Shown: piece by piece, positions 1 to 13,439 of the stretch | How the letters are laid out: each line of letters begins with the position of its first letter | Numbering within the stretch: the first letter of the stretch is position 1 | NCBI GenBank assembly: GCA_025786725.1 | Contig: JAHLTZ010000006.1 | Coordinates: forward strand, 124,001-188,000 | DNA length: 64,000 bases | Source of the DNA: Syncephalis fuscata S228 | Lineage: Eukaryota > Fungi > Zoopagomycota | Reading direction: 5' to 3' | Translations under genes and position numbers: made by a program | The notes under the pieces: generated by a model | What the model was told of the DNA's origin: nothing | Database searches by the model: none | What the model saw: only the letters and a program-made list of their open reading frames with translations

Positions 1-1949
1 CTATCACACCATCATTCATTAGTATCGCTTTAACTATTGAATCTACATCAAGTATCACTTTTAACCAATTGATTGAGTGACTGTGTTCATCAAGTGCAGT
101 GACTGTGTTCATTAAAGACTTGTAGCTAGCCTCACATACGATTTTGACCACCATCACACTGTTTTGTTTAATTCAACGGTAAGTTAAAGAAGTCTAGACA
201 CTGGTATAGACCATCTATTGTCAATATCAAACTCTTTATTATTTGTTATTATTCTATTATATTATGGTTATACTGTTTGTTTCAAAATGCTGTCAAGGTA
301 GTTTTGGTCAGACTTACTAAAGCTTGCTTCTCCATGTTTAGCTTTACAACTTGATAAGCTGGGACGCATGCTATTGCGACATGGACGCACTTCTCCCTTT
401 TGTATCATCTTTGTAGCATGCGTATATTGTTGTGTGTAGACATTGATATCTATGTGTGTGTTTGTGTGTGTGCACGTAGAATGTGCGGGGATATGACAAT
501 GGCCATAACACCACGTCCATGCTGCAGCACCTCAGACCAACACTCCTAAGCATGGCATAGCATAGCATAGGAGAGAGTGAACGAGGTACAGGGTGGTTGG
601 TGTGATCATAGTTGTTGCCACCAGTTGTCATAATATGAATGATAATAGAATAATAGCAACCATTTATATCATAACAATAATACTATATAGTTTATATGAC
701 CTTATTTCCCCTTTTTGTTGTCCATCTCCTTGTCATAATGGTCGATAGAAGGGCCGTAGAGGATGAGTGGTGTCTATTATTTATGTAGTATGTATGTAGG
801 TGTAGGTGTGTGTGTATGGTCTCGCCTTTTGTTCTTATGCCAACAATACTTGCACGCTTTTTTGTTAATGGTGTGACGATGTCTCGTAGAATGTGATCCC
901 CTTTTTTCTTCAATCCATCAATTAATGTGTGTGTGTGTGTAAGTCATGGCTTGCATGCGATATGACCACATACACATACCCATACACATACACATATACA
1001 CCTATAGACACACATACACATATAGATAGATAGACACATTAGTAGATAGATACCCTCATTTCTATTTGGCACACCCGTCTATCCTCGTGGTCCTATGATG
1101 ATCCTACCATTGGATTTGTTGTATTGTGTTAATAACATACACTTTGTATTCAATGTATCAATGATGTAAAACGAGAACCATTGCTCGCGCCTCTTTACGA
1201 CTACCATCCTTGAAGGGGAGTTTTCTATGACCTATTTTGGTTGACGACCTGTTATTCCTCTAAATGATGATGATATGATTCGCACACTTACCACGACTAC
1301 TCTCATTCTCACTACATCCACATTCACACTCTATTCCTTGTCCTCCTCTTTATCTACTCTCCTTCTCTCTTTCTCCTCACACACAAAACTCAAATATTTA
1401 CCACTCACTCACAGACGGCTTTTTCCTTTCCGTTCTTATTTCATTCCCGCTTTTTCAATTCTCTTCTCCTTCTTTTAACTACTACAACACTCTTTGCACT
1501 CGTTGTTGCACCCGCCTGGTTGTTATAGGTGCTTGTTCTCTCTTACTCTCTCTTACTACCACTACCACTCACTCACTCTCTCTCTGTCTGTCTGTCTCGT
1601 GTCGCTCGTTCATTTCTTTGCTTTGCTTTGCTCTGCCATATTGGTTTGCTTTATTCATTTCATTTCATTCACTTGTTCTTTCACCGGCTTTGTGTTTTAC
1701 GCATACAATAGTAGTGCCAATTGTCGTCGTTTAGCGTGCTTAAAATACATTACGCTTTTACTTTTCGTTCAATATCATCTCCGTTGTGTTACTGTCTTTG
1801 TTTCGCCACCCACCTTCTTCTATTGTTTGGTCGCTTGTCTTCAATCTTGACTAACCAGTCCTTTCGCCGTTGTACTACAGATTATACTGATTCGCACGAC
1901 TTTGCTGTGTTTTGCCATCCCCCGTTATACACCGTGTCCGTCCTTCAAT

Positions 1950-2824
1950 ATGCTTAAAGAAATCAACGTTGCCATCGAGTTCTTTGCTCGTATCTTCCGT
2001 CTACAGCCACAGACACAGCAGTATGATGCGTTTGCTGCCGCGCTTAGAACCTCATTACAAGAACGATGTGAAGGTCGCTGGCATCCGACGCTGCACTCTG
2101 CTCATCGTGCAGTAACTATTTTTGGCGGTGTCGCCGACCAAGCATTGTTGGCTGCATTACGGGTGGCCGGTCTTGCCGATGATTTGGACAAACTATCAGA
2201 GTGTGTCCCTAAAGAGTTGGTCGTTTGGGTAGATCCAGGTGAGGTGGCCTTCCGTATCGGTGATCGTGGTCAGCCGTCGACCCTTTACAAGGAGAATAGC
2301 CATGGTAGTGACTCAGACTCAGATAGCGGCATTTCTGAGGGAAGTGATTTTATGAGCTGTCGTTCACCGTCCCCAACGAGTAATAGTCTCGGCTATTCGC
2401 CACCTCCTTCTCGCGCTGTACGCATCACAGCTCCTGGATCTGCCCCAACGATCCAGGCACCCGTCTCAAACGGTACAAAGCCGGCTGCACTTTCTCCACT
2501 TGGACAGGCCGTCATGAATGCATCACGATCACATGCGCAAATGTATAATCCCATTGCTGCCGCTGCCTCAGTAAATGCATTTTCACAACAGCAACACAGC
2601 AACAGCATTTTATTCAACAACAGCAACAGCTATTTCATCATCAACAGCTAATGCAGCAACAGCAGCAGCAGCAGCAGCAGCAGTTTTATCATGCTCAGCA
2701 GTCGCAGTTCCGTCGTCATCACCACCAGCATCAGCATGCTATGATGATGAATAGTGTCCAGCAGCAACGCCCGCGTGCCAACAGTCCAACAAAGTCTATG
2801 GTACGCTATGTTGAGGCTCGCTAA
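1950..2824 (+). CDS. BTG/Tob (anti-proliferative) family protein with Ser/Pro-rich middle and poly-Q tail; one probable frameshift near 2598
   Basis: MLKEINVAIEFFARI...LQERCEGRWHP...VPKELVVWVDPGEVAFRIGD matches the BTG domain N-terminus and box B (LPxELxxWVDPxEVxxRIG). A shifted frame after ~2598 continues QQQHFIQQQQQLFHHQQ...MVRYVEAR to TAA at 2822-2824. Confidence 0.85.
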
Positions 2825-4175
2825 TGTCTACGCTGTACACACTGACCCTTACTTGTGTACACGTACGTGACATTGGCTGGCATTATCGCGGCGACTATTT
2901 TATCATTTGCGTTTGGCGTGGCTATTGATCATAGACACAATATATACGACATTCTATTGCATCGTCGGTCAAGTCACTGTTATTCTAGTCGTAGTATTAG
3001 TATTAGTAGTTTATACTGCCATTCTTTTTGCTTTCTTTTTTTGGTCGTTTCCGGCTACTTTATGACGTGATCTATTTCGTCGTAGATAGTAGCTGGCCAT
3101 TCGACACTGCGTGTACACTTGTATTTGTCGCTTGTCTCTGTGACGTTACCTCTTTTCATTGTTTATCTCCGTATTTTCACGGCTATTCGTCCTTTTATAT
3201 TTTGCATGCATTATCTCGTTGTTGTTCTTGTTGTAGTTGTCGCTATTAATATACGGCTATGGCTACCGTGTTGCTATTATGAGTATTATATTAGCATGGC
3301 CGGCATTAATAACAATAGCTACTTCTATCCGCCTGCTTCTTATTACATCTACTCTCTCTACTCTCTACTCACACACTCTCTACCCTTTATATTCTCCTTT
3401 TCGTTCCATTCCGTTTGTTGTCCAATCTTTTCTTTTACGCTGTGTTTTGTTTAACCTGCGGTTTTATCACTCTCTGTCTTTTATTTGCAGCGGATGTTGA
3501 TTCTCGTATGCGAGCTATTCTTCTTGTTTGCTTTTCGCTTCTTCTATTCTACCGGTACACAAAACACTTGGTAATAGAATTTCTATTCAATTTATCTATA
3601 CACTTTTATTAAGCTTAACCACCATTGCAACTATTGTGTATTCATTTATTCTATATATATAATGCTCTAGCAATAATAGTTGAGACCAAAGTAAATTAAG
3701 ATTAATTTTGCACTAAATATGAAAGATAGAAAACGTGTAAATATTATAGCAGGTCCATTAACGATCAAATGATATCATTAATTGTAATAATAACAGTAAT
3801 TTGACATTTCATCTATCCAATTGGCATAATGGTCATCCATATAAATATATAAATGTATAAATATATAGATATAATATGTATGTGTTGTGTGTGATGATCT
3901 GCTGACAATTGACGTATCATGTGCCTCACACATCATTCTATAATGATGATTATTACGATAATAATGATGATAGTGGACCATTTAAAGACTATTCATTTAT
4001 TTCATTGCTGTTACGTAGTAGTTTGATTATAGTTAACACTTTCTTCGTTATACTATTTTACATCAGTTCCGTAAAAACATCTTGCACCAAAATTAACTGC
4101 TCTATCTCTACTACTCACTTCAGAAAAGCTTACGTGTCTTGAATAACCTGTATCGCGTGTGTATTATCGGTTAAG

Positions 4176-5272
4176 ATGAGTAGTAATGCACAACGTCCTT
4201 TTCCAACTCGAATGTAAGTACTATAGTGAGGCCGGTGATAGACCAAGCGGATTCTACGTAGATGACGGCTAATCTGTAGCAATATTGCTATAACGACTAT
4301 ATAGGACCTAACGGTCGTGAAGAGTAAGCTAAAAGGTGCACAGACTGGTCATAGTCTATTGAAGCGAAAGAGTGATGCGTTGACCAAACGGTTTCGAGAT
4401 ATTGTCAAGCTTATTGAAGAGGCAAAAATGAAAATGGGCCGTGTTATGCAAACTGCTTCATTCTCACTGGCTGAAGTTACGTATATTGCCGGTGATGTTA
4501 GGTGAGTAATTGATACTTTTATGTTACTGCTTGATTATTCATACGACAATACTGCTAGTTATCAAGTACAAGAAAGTGCCTCTACAGCTCAGCTTAAGGT
4601 GCGTACACGACAGGATAACGTATCCGGTGTAATGTTGCCAGCCTTTGAAACGTTCCAAGAAGGTGCCGATGGTAAGTGGTATAGATACATGATTTGTAAC
4701 GTTGTTTTAATAGTATCAATACTGCTGCCACTATTAAATCACTTCTATTGGTATAGCCTTTGAACTTACGGGTCTTGGTCGTGGTGGTCAGCAGATACAA
4801 CGCTGCAAGGAAACGTATATTAGCGCAGTAAAGACTTTGGTAGAATTAGCCTCGTTACAAACGGCCTTCGTTATTCTCGATGAAGTCATTAAAGTGACAA
4901 ACCGACGTGTCAATGCCATTGAACACATTATTATTCCACGACTTGAGAATACCATTTCGTATATTGTTTCCGAATTGGATGAACAAGATCGTGAAGAATT
5001 CTTCCGGTCAGTAACATTGATAGGATTAATATGAATTAATGACATTTAACATTATTATTATTGTTATTATTAGATTGAAAAAGGTACAAACAAAGAAGAA
5101 GGAGTCACGTGAACGTGAAGATAAGAAGCGTCATGAATTATCTCTTCAAAAAGGTAGGCTATATTAATAATACGAGTTAATTAATTAATGTGATTGCTAT
5201 TTATTAGAAGAAGCGGTCAGTCAACCACGTGATATTTTGCAAGAAGATGAAGACGAAGATATTATTTTTTAA
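4176..5272 (+). CDS. VMA8: V-type H+-ATPase V1 subunit D, multi-exon
   Basis: [104 protein letters not shown], ending EDEDIIF*; GT-AG introns between the segments. Confidence 0.97.
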
Positions 5273-7295
5273 CATTATCACTGACCATAACAACAATAGC
5301 CATCATCATCACCACCACAATCAGAACTACAATGATAACAGCAGTAACAACAGCGGTGATGGCAATGATATTTGTCACAAATTATACATAAATTACTGTT
5401 GTTACAAAGTATAGTAAATGATACTGCTTGCTTGATCATTGACCGTGCATAGTCGATAAAGTAAATGGTCTGTGTTTTATCGAGAGATTAAGCGGGTTGG
5501 AAAGCGGTTTGATGTCACGTATAACTCCATGTTATGCTGTAGACTACGAATACGTATGCACTCCTGAGTTCAAGCCAGATGCTGCACATTGATAATATGC
5601 AGAATGGTTCACAGGACCCAGAAAATAGTATTTTTATTATATTAGTTATCAATTTAAATAATAACTGTCATTGCGTATGCTGAGTGTTAATAGATAATGA
5701 CGACTATTATTGAGTATTATTATGATTATATAGTTATTGTTAAGCTTAATTAACTATACAGTATTGAGTGAATTAATCAATGAGTAATCGTATTGGCGTT
5801 ATCTAACCTTTGACATCTAAGTAAACAGGTGGTACAGTCTTTGCTTTTTAGGTATTCTATTAAGAGAAGGTGCCATTTCGGCCTTTAAAGCACGGTCATG
5901 CGTGCAGTCAAAGTCGACGCTTGGTGGGAAAAGTGTGCTTTATCTGTATGGTAGTGCATTCTATTGCAGCTATATACACAACTGACACCTTGAATCTGCT
6001 ATCGATAATGTTGACACGGATAGATAGTGTTGGTTATTGCTAGCTACAACATGATCCTTGCCATTTGACATGTTAATAAACGATAGAATAATTACTAATT
6101 AAATACTTGATTATTAATAATAATAATAATACGTAAAATAGATACAATACCCAATAGAATTGCAAATCTTTTAATTTTATTATAAATGTTATAAAGATAG
6201 AATTAATAAGTGCAGATTAATGTCAACACACATTTGCACAAGTTCTGTTGACATCGAATAATGATGATACTGCACGGTATTAACCTTGGTTTGGGAATTA
6301 TATTACTGATTGCTGGTATGGAGTGCAGCTATTGACTTCCACGATGCTTGTCAGCGAGTGCGTGCAGTATTACTCGGCCAACAATCCGCTTATAACAACA
6401 ATAAAGCTATCGGCAAATTAGTGCCACAACTCTGTCCATATCTATGGATTATTTCCTCTTCTATTCTCTTTCTATTCAATACTAATAACACTAATACCAA
6501 TACTCACCGGTGGTTACTGTTGACAGTGACTCGTCTAATTTGTCCCATCACAAAACATTCCATTATCGTATATCCTATTGCTCCTCTCCTCATCATTTAC
6601 ATTTTTGCTACGGCAATCTCGTTTATTGCCATCCATTGATCAATTAAGAGCGAGGAAGAGATAGAAGGCGACTAAATATCATAGTGTTTTGTGGTCGTAC
6701 AGCGTATTGGTGGTTGGTTAGTGTTGCTATACATTAGAGCCAGTAATAGCCGTTTTAAAAAAGCATTGTATTCATTCTAGTTACACGGTTAATCTTCAAG
6801 TAAGTCATTGGTTCTAATTAGAACAAAGATGTTTCTATAAATGTATTACGACTACGACTAGCCAAAGTGTTTGATTATGGACTGGATCAACTAATGATTG
6901 GTTATTAATGCCTATTTTATTATGATTATTCAGGAATAACAACGTGGCTCGTACAGAATTGTGCGTAAATACGAACAAGTCGTTGTCCCTCGCCCGCTTG
7001 TATTAGCAATAGTGCCATTGATTATTGGTATTGGTATTGGCATTGCTATTATACAGCTAGACAAGTGCCGTTGTCCCTTTTGTGACAACAAGTACCATTT
7101 GTTCGCTCATTATTTCGTTATTTTGCTATTTTGTTATTTCGTTCAATTGGCCATCTGTCCACTCGTACGTTGTTCGCTTCTTTATTCATCCGTTCATGCG
7201 CGCACAGTCCTGTGCACCAATGAACCAATTCGACTTGTCTTCACTTTGCATATTCTACACGCCCTCATACAGGTACACACAGAATTATTCACATC

Positions 7296-10200
7296 ATGCC
7301 GCCAGCTAATTCGGTGAGTTCCTAAAGTGGCATGTTATACAAAAACACGGCATCAATGGATTACTTTTACTGATCATCACGCACGCACACACACCCGTAC
7401 CTTTCTACTACTTCTTTTACTTTTTTGTTATCAACGTATAGACACTCGTTACCAACGATTCTTTTTGTAGCTCCTCCTCCTCTTGTTGTTGCTGTTCTAT
7501 CCATAACCGCGACAATATCGGCGTATCTTGTCAAAGCCATCCTGCTATAGCTGCATCTGCCACCAACACACTGTGCAGCTATCTAGTACAGCACCGCCAA
7601 GCTGTAATCGCTCAACAACGGATACAGTCCCATCGATCTGCAATTGTAACTCTAACGACGTAGAATTAACAGCTGCTGAACCATATCATTCTTTTGAACA
7701 ACAACCGCATCTTATTGTCGTACCTGACAACATTGCTGATATATCCAATTTAACCAACAACAATAACAACAACAACAACAGTCATCCTTCTCACACTACT
7801 CTTCCCGCTGCACACTCTAGTGGTCATAGGCTAAGTTATAGTGGCCGTGATAGTAGTGAACATAGTAGCATTGTGCCATATCACTCTAAATATCATTTGC
7901 ATTTGCCCTTTTCTACAACATCACTTTCAACTGCCCGATTCAGTACAGAATCTGACGATTTGTACAACCAATCATCATTCAATTCGTCATCGAGACAACT
8001 AGACGACACATCTCAGTTACCACCAAACGCGTCTCATCCTTATCGGGATCGTTCTGGTGTATTTTCCGCTTCTACACAAACCGTAGACTATTCTCGTCGC
8101 GGTATACGCGGTAAAATCAGTGAGCTTGGCCTAAAGAAAGGACTTGAAACAGTGACCGCCAATTTGCGATCCCGACTCCGACGACCGTTATTTCAAGAAC
8201 AGCAAGTATTTGATCAGCCAGATAGCTGTGCTTCAGCAAGTAATATGTCTCGTCCTTCTTCGTACATCTTGTCTACGCCAAATGAACAGAATATGAATAC
8301 AAGCAATGCTGTGACACTGGCAAACAATGGCGACAAATTACCTGCCAAAAAAACCAGTCGCGTTAAAGCTATGTTTTCAAAGTTAAAGCCAAAGGGCCGG
8401 CGTGGACAAACGGCCGCGGCCACATCCAACACTTTAACGCTGGTCATTCGGTACCTTCATTACACCATCCATACGCTCGCGCCAGTATGGCCTCTACGAT
8501 TAGTGCTAGTGAATCAGATGTTGTCTGTATTCAGGATGATATAGATGGGCAAGGTCCATCGATGGCTGGCCCACCCACCATGACCGAGAACAATTTATCT
8601 GGTCGTCAACGCGATGCTACATTCTTTGAAGCTAGCAATTCAAAGCTATCCACTGGCGAACAGCACCGTGATTACAATCAAATGTCCAGTACATACACGC
8701 CTTCTTCTAAAAGTACTTCAACATCAGCCCATTCAGCAGTTGGTATTAGCTTGTCACCACCGGCTAATAAACTACGCGTGGCCATTCCTAATAGCTTTAA
8801 ATTGAATGAAATCAATGCTGCCTCTGGCCTGCCATCGCCTATATCACCTGGCATTGATTTGCAACAACGTGAATTACATACAGCGGCCGATTCATTCGAT
8901 TCAATGCCATCCGTTGTTGATCCAAATACTCATCTTCGCGTTCCTAATACGCAGTATTTGTCTATTAATAGCGATCAAGTATCGATAGCCCAATCTGAAT
9001 CACCATTAAGGTCTGAATTCGCTACAAATGGCGATATTTATTCGGACGAGGACGATAACGACGACGAAGAAGCAATGTCATTGGCTGCTGCTGCTGCCGT
9101 TGCAGCTTCTGTTGTCGCTACGGCATCGACAGTTGTAGCTGCTGCTTGTGAACCTCTTCGTTCCAATGGCAGCGACAGCGATAACGACGTCTTTCCCGAA
9201 TCTAGTAGTGCTACACCTAGCTATAAAGCTAGAGAACTGTATTTGGCAAATAGAAAAACTCCATTTGTTCAAATCAATGGAACTAATGTCGTCGGTGATA
9301 CTTCTAGGCCACGTCCTATTGTTAATGCCGATCATCGTTCAGCCAACAACAATGATTGGTCAAAGACTGTGCCTACTACTGCTACTGTCACTATTGCTAC
9401 TACTACTATATCCGACAATGTTCGTCAGCCACCTACCGTTTTTACTTCGACATTAACACCTGGTTGCACTCCGCCAACATCAGTTGCTAATACACCACAA
9501 TTAACGGTTCGTACTATGGCTCGGCCAGCCATTGAATCCGGCCTTAATCGTTCATTGTTCGATGGCAATATTGGCCGTATTCTTGTATCTGAACATGTCC
9601 ATGGCCGACTATTAGAACGTGGCGGTGCTTCTTTAGTCAAGTTACTTGATGTACATGTTGTTTGGAGTGCTTCTCCTCCTTTCAATCCCAGCTTTGATAT
9701 TATGTGGCCATTTTCATTCACTGGACAGCAAATTAACCAATATGGCGATTTACCAAATGGAGACAATATTACTCCAGAATCACTACAAGAACTACGTGGC
9801 GATGCTACTATTGCACGTGTTATCCATGCCATGACACTGGAACGTGACCGTCGTATGTTAGTGGCGGCGTTATGTGTTCGTCAACGATTTGTTTCTACAT
9901 ATGACTTACTTCGTTTATTGGTACTGCGCTATCTTGAACCATTCTGCCAATTATCGACTGCAGAACAGCTTAACTCGAAGATGATGACTGCCTTAGCGAT
10001 GATAGCCAATATAGAAATGGTTCATTTGGCCAACGTTCTTTTGGTGGCCTATGTGAACCAGGTACTGGTATTGATGCAGTTCGTGTATTTGATACTTGGC
10101 TGCGTGACTTTCCTGATGACTTTGCAGGCAAATCTGCCAGCTCAGCTAATCAGTATAAGCCAGATATTATTCACTGTCATCAATTGGCCATTACTTGGAT

Positions 10201-12699
10201 GGATTTGGTTTGCCAACTGGATGGCGTACGTGGAGCTGAAGTAGCCCAGACTGTTCAGGATCGTTTACGCAGCTGTTTTGCACCTGAAGGATCTACTACA
10301 GTGCATTCGCCTATGGCATCGCCTACTGAGCATAGCTCATCTAGCAATCCATTGAAAGCGACCGAAGTAAGTGGCGATACACCCGCAGAAGATCGCCATG
10401 TACGCGATGCAAGTCGTATTTCGCTAGAAATATACTCAACATTGCCCGACCGGCGTTAAGCGATATTTTCATGACCGAAAAAGGCAGTGCATGGCTAAAA
10501 GAACGTCAAAGCAACGAGCTAACAGCATTGCTAAACCTGAAGCCACTGCCTTTAAACGTGATTGAAGCGACGACTCAAAATGAATGTGTATCGCCTGGTG
10601 GCACACAACGGACTTGTTACGAAGAAGATCCACAACTTGGTGAATATCCATTTGATTATGCTGGTACCGATCTTAATCAAGAAGCAGCCAATAATGGCAA
10701 CGATCCATTTGGTAGACCATGCAATAATAGTATAAACATCGATTTATTCAAAACAAAGCATTTGACCGCATTGCCTGGTCAATTGTCTAGTCAAGCACTG
10801 TCACTCTTGTCGGAAAATACACTTATTTGGCCGTTTATTGCGTATTGCCCGCGTAATACGAGTCCACGTGCTTCTCGTGCCGTCACATTGCCTTCGGTGC
10901 TGGCTGATCTAGTTTGGACGCGTGAATCTGGCACGGATCGTTTGCAGAGATTTGTCGGTGCTGCGCCTTATCTGTTCCACGAGGACGACATTGCACGCAC
11001 TATTGTACTTCTATATTTGGAAGCACTTTATATGCGTGATACAAGTGGCGCCGATACTACCATTGCTCGTCTACGTCTTGTCAATCTTACCCGCAAGTGG
11101 ATCGAGCATAGATCACTTGGAAGCCATGCATGCTGTCTTGTAGACACATTACTACGTGTTGTCGTTACACGTGATCCAGATACCGCGACATTTGCCTATC
11201 CAGTGTTAGACAAGCTGCACAAAAAAGGCACAGCAGCAATGATCACTACTAGCAATTATACTGGCGAAGCAGCTAACCAATCGTCACAGCAAACGACGAA
11301 TACGGATACTGAGCAGTTGACTTCTATCTCAGCGAATGCACTAACGCCACTTGAGCTTGGCGCATTTCCAATTAGAACTGCATCAGCACTGGCTTACCGA
11401 TTATTACACGCGGATCCAGAACAATTGGCAGCCCGACTTGTACGATTGGACCATGCACAGTTTATCGCCATTCCATTGCGTGATCTCGTTCCACCTGCCA
11501 AAGGGCAGCCACGGCCAGTAGCTTTAGAGAAGCATGCACGCTGGTTTGATGCTTTGGCCTACAATACTGCTGCTGCTATTTTGGCACCCGACAATATTGC
11601 CCATCGAGTCGATGTACTTGAACGAGTTATTGTCTTGGCCGGTGCATGTCTAAAACACCGTGCATTTAATGCTGCATTTGCATTAAGAGCTACATTATCA
11701 CTTTCAGCCATTGAAAGGCTGCATTCGACATGGAACATGCTTCCAACAAGCGTAGTGCGTATTATGACGCAGTTAGAACATAGCTGCAGTACAAGCGATA
11801 ACTATGCCACCTATCGAACTGAACTTCGTCGTGCAGAAGGCAAAGCTACTGTGCCATATATCGGCCTCTGTCTCAGCGATATGATGCGGCTCTATGAAGG
11901 CTCGCAAGTCATTCCTTCTACAGTAACGGCCACTGCTATTTCGCAGTCCAATTCATTGCATGGTCCTTCAAGTCCAACTAGTCCAGTCATGGCAGAGGTG
12001 AAAGTGGCGATCGATTTGCCAATCAAATACATTTAGCCGACGTCGTGCTAGCATTACCGAAAGTGTCAAGGCATGGATGGCCAGTAACTTAATTGTTGAC
12101 TCGGACGAACCACGTCTTGAGCCAGCTCATATCGAGCCTAATACAACCACAGCTACCACCGTTTCAACGCCTGTTCATGGCAAAGAAAACTCTGGTGAAG
12201 GCCCGATGATTCGCTGGCAGTATTGGAAACGTGTAGGCATTCAAGTTGAACGATTGCGTGGCTGGCAGCATATTAGCTATCGTAATTTAGGCGAAGCTAC
12301 AACAGCACATAATAGCGTAGATCATAACGGCTCATGTCGTTGTATTGCTACGACACCTGCTGCAGCACCCGCTGTACCTGTTCGTCCACAGCGACAACGA
12401 GCCAATACAACGCCCAATGATTGTATTCGTGAAATTATGGCTGTAAATCCAAATGCAGTAAACGATGCTAAATCTTCTTCGTTGTATCGTTGCCTCAACA
12501 ACAACAACAACAGTCACAGCAACAACAAAATCGTTGCCGCGCTGGTACACTTCATTCTACTAACGTATCCAATACCAATGAACGTCATGCACCTACTGAA
12601 TGGCGTTGGCGCTGGTTAACTGATTTATTATGTAATCCCGATCGAGCACCATCTCAAGAACAACTTATGCACGTTCACAGATTGTTGAACCCGTCATAA
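7296..12699 (+). CDS. RasGEF (CDC25-type) protein with long disordered N-terminus; several frameshifts; start uncertain
   Basis: ORF 10471-12036 contains LAARLVRLDHAQFIAI...WFDALAYNTAAAIL...LKHRAFNAAFAL...SAIERLHSTW...NYATYR...VPYIGLCLSDM (CDC25 domain). The IRWQYWKR segment and C-terminal SQEQLMHVHRLLNPS lie in shifted frames. REM-like segments lie upstream. Confidence 0.8.
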
Positions 12700-13439
12700 G
12701 ACGAGAATCAGCCGGCAGTGTTCTGGCCAGTATCTTACCTATGACTTAGTGATGCATTGTGAATTCTGATATTATCTTTTCTTTTTCTTCTCATTTATAT
12801 TATTTGTTCTTTCTATGATGAATATTTTGCTGAATTAAATAAATTTATCCACGAAATAGTTACTACTAATGAAGCTGGCCAACTATAATTTATTATACTT
12901 TATAATTGTCGTTGTAAAATAAATTTATTTCAAAACAACTATTTAATGCCATTATTTTATTGAATAAAGGGTGATCGTTTTAAATTATGTAAGCATAGTC
13001 TAGCATGGATCACGGCAACTATAATAGCTAATGACCAGCATAGAAAAAGAAAAAGCTTCATATTTGCACGATGATAATAGTGGTAACAATAAAGGAAAAA
13101 ACTATTCGGTACGGTATAAAGACCGGTTGCTTGGTCGTATAGAGATCATTGTAGAATATTTAGGTGTAATAACGCACAAAAGGGCATGCTCAAAAACGTT
13201 TTCTTTTCTTTTTAAAGTAATAATGTAAAGTAAATCAATGAAATAAACGATTTCCAATAAGGGAATCATGAACCAACTTAATAAAAATAGTCAGCCCAAT
13301 GCAAACACATTATTTTATGTGTTGGCCATGCAAGAAATGTTTAAAAATAAGCAAAATTGGACTGATTTATGAATCAAGCAAGCAAAAAAAGAACATAGGT
13401 AAATATATAGATAAACGTATCTATATAAATATACACGCA

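Noticed and set aside
371-1900. Short hydrophobic or low-complexity ORFs upstream of BTG, and similar ones at 2855-4142, 16176-21067 and 37344-38304
   Set aside because: They derive from CT/CA/TA microsatellite-rich UTR, intron and promoter sequence and show no protein motifs.
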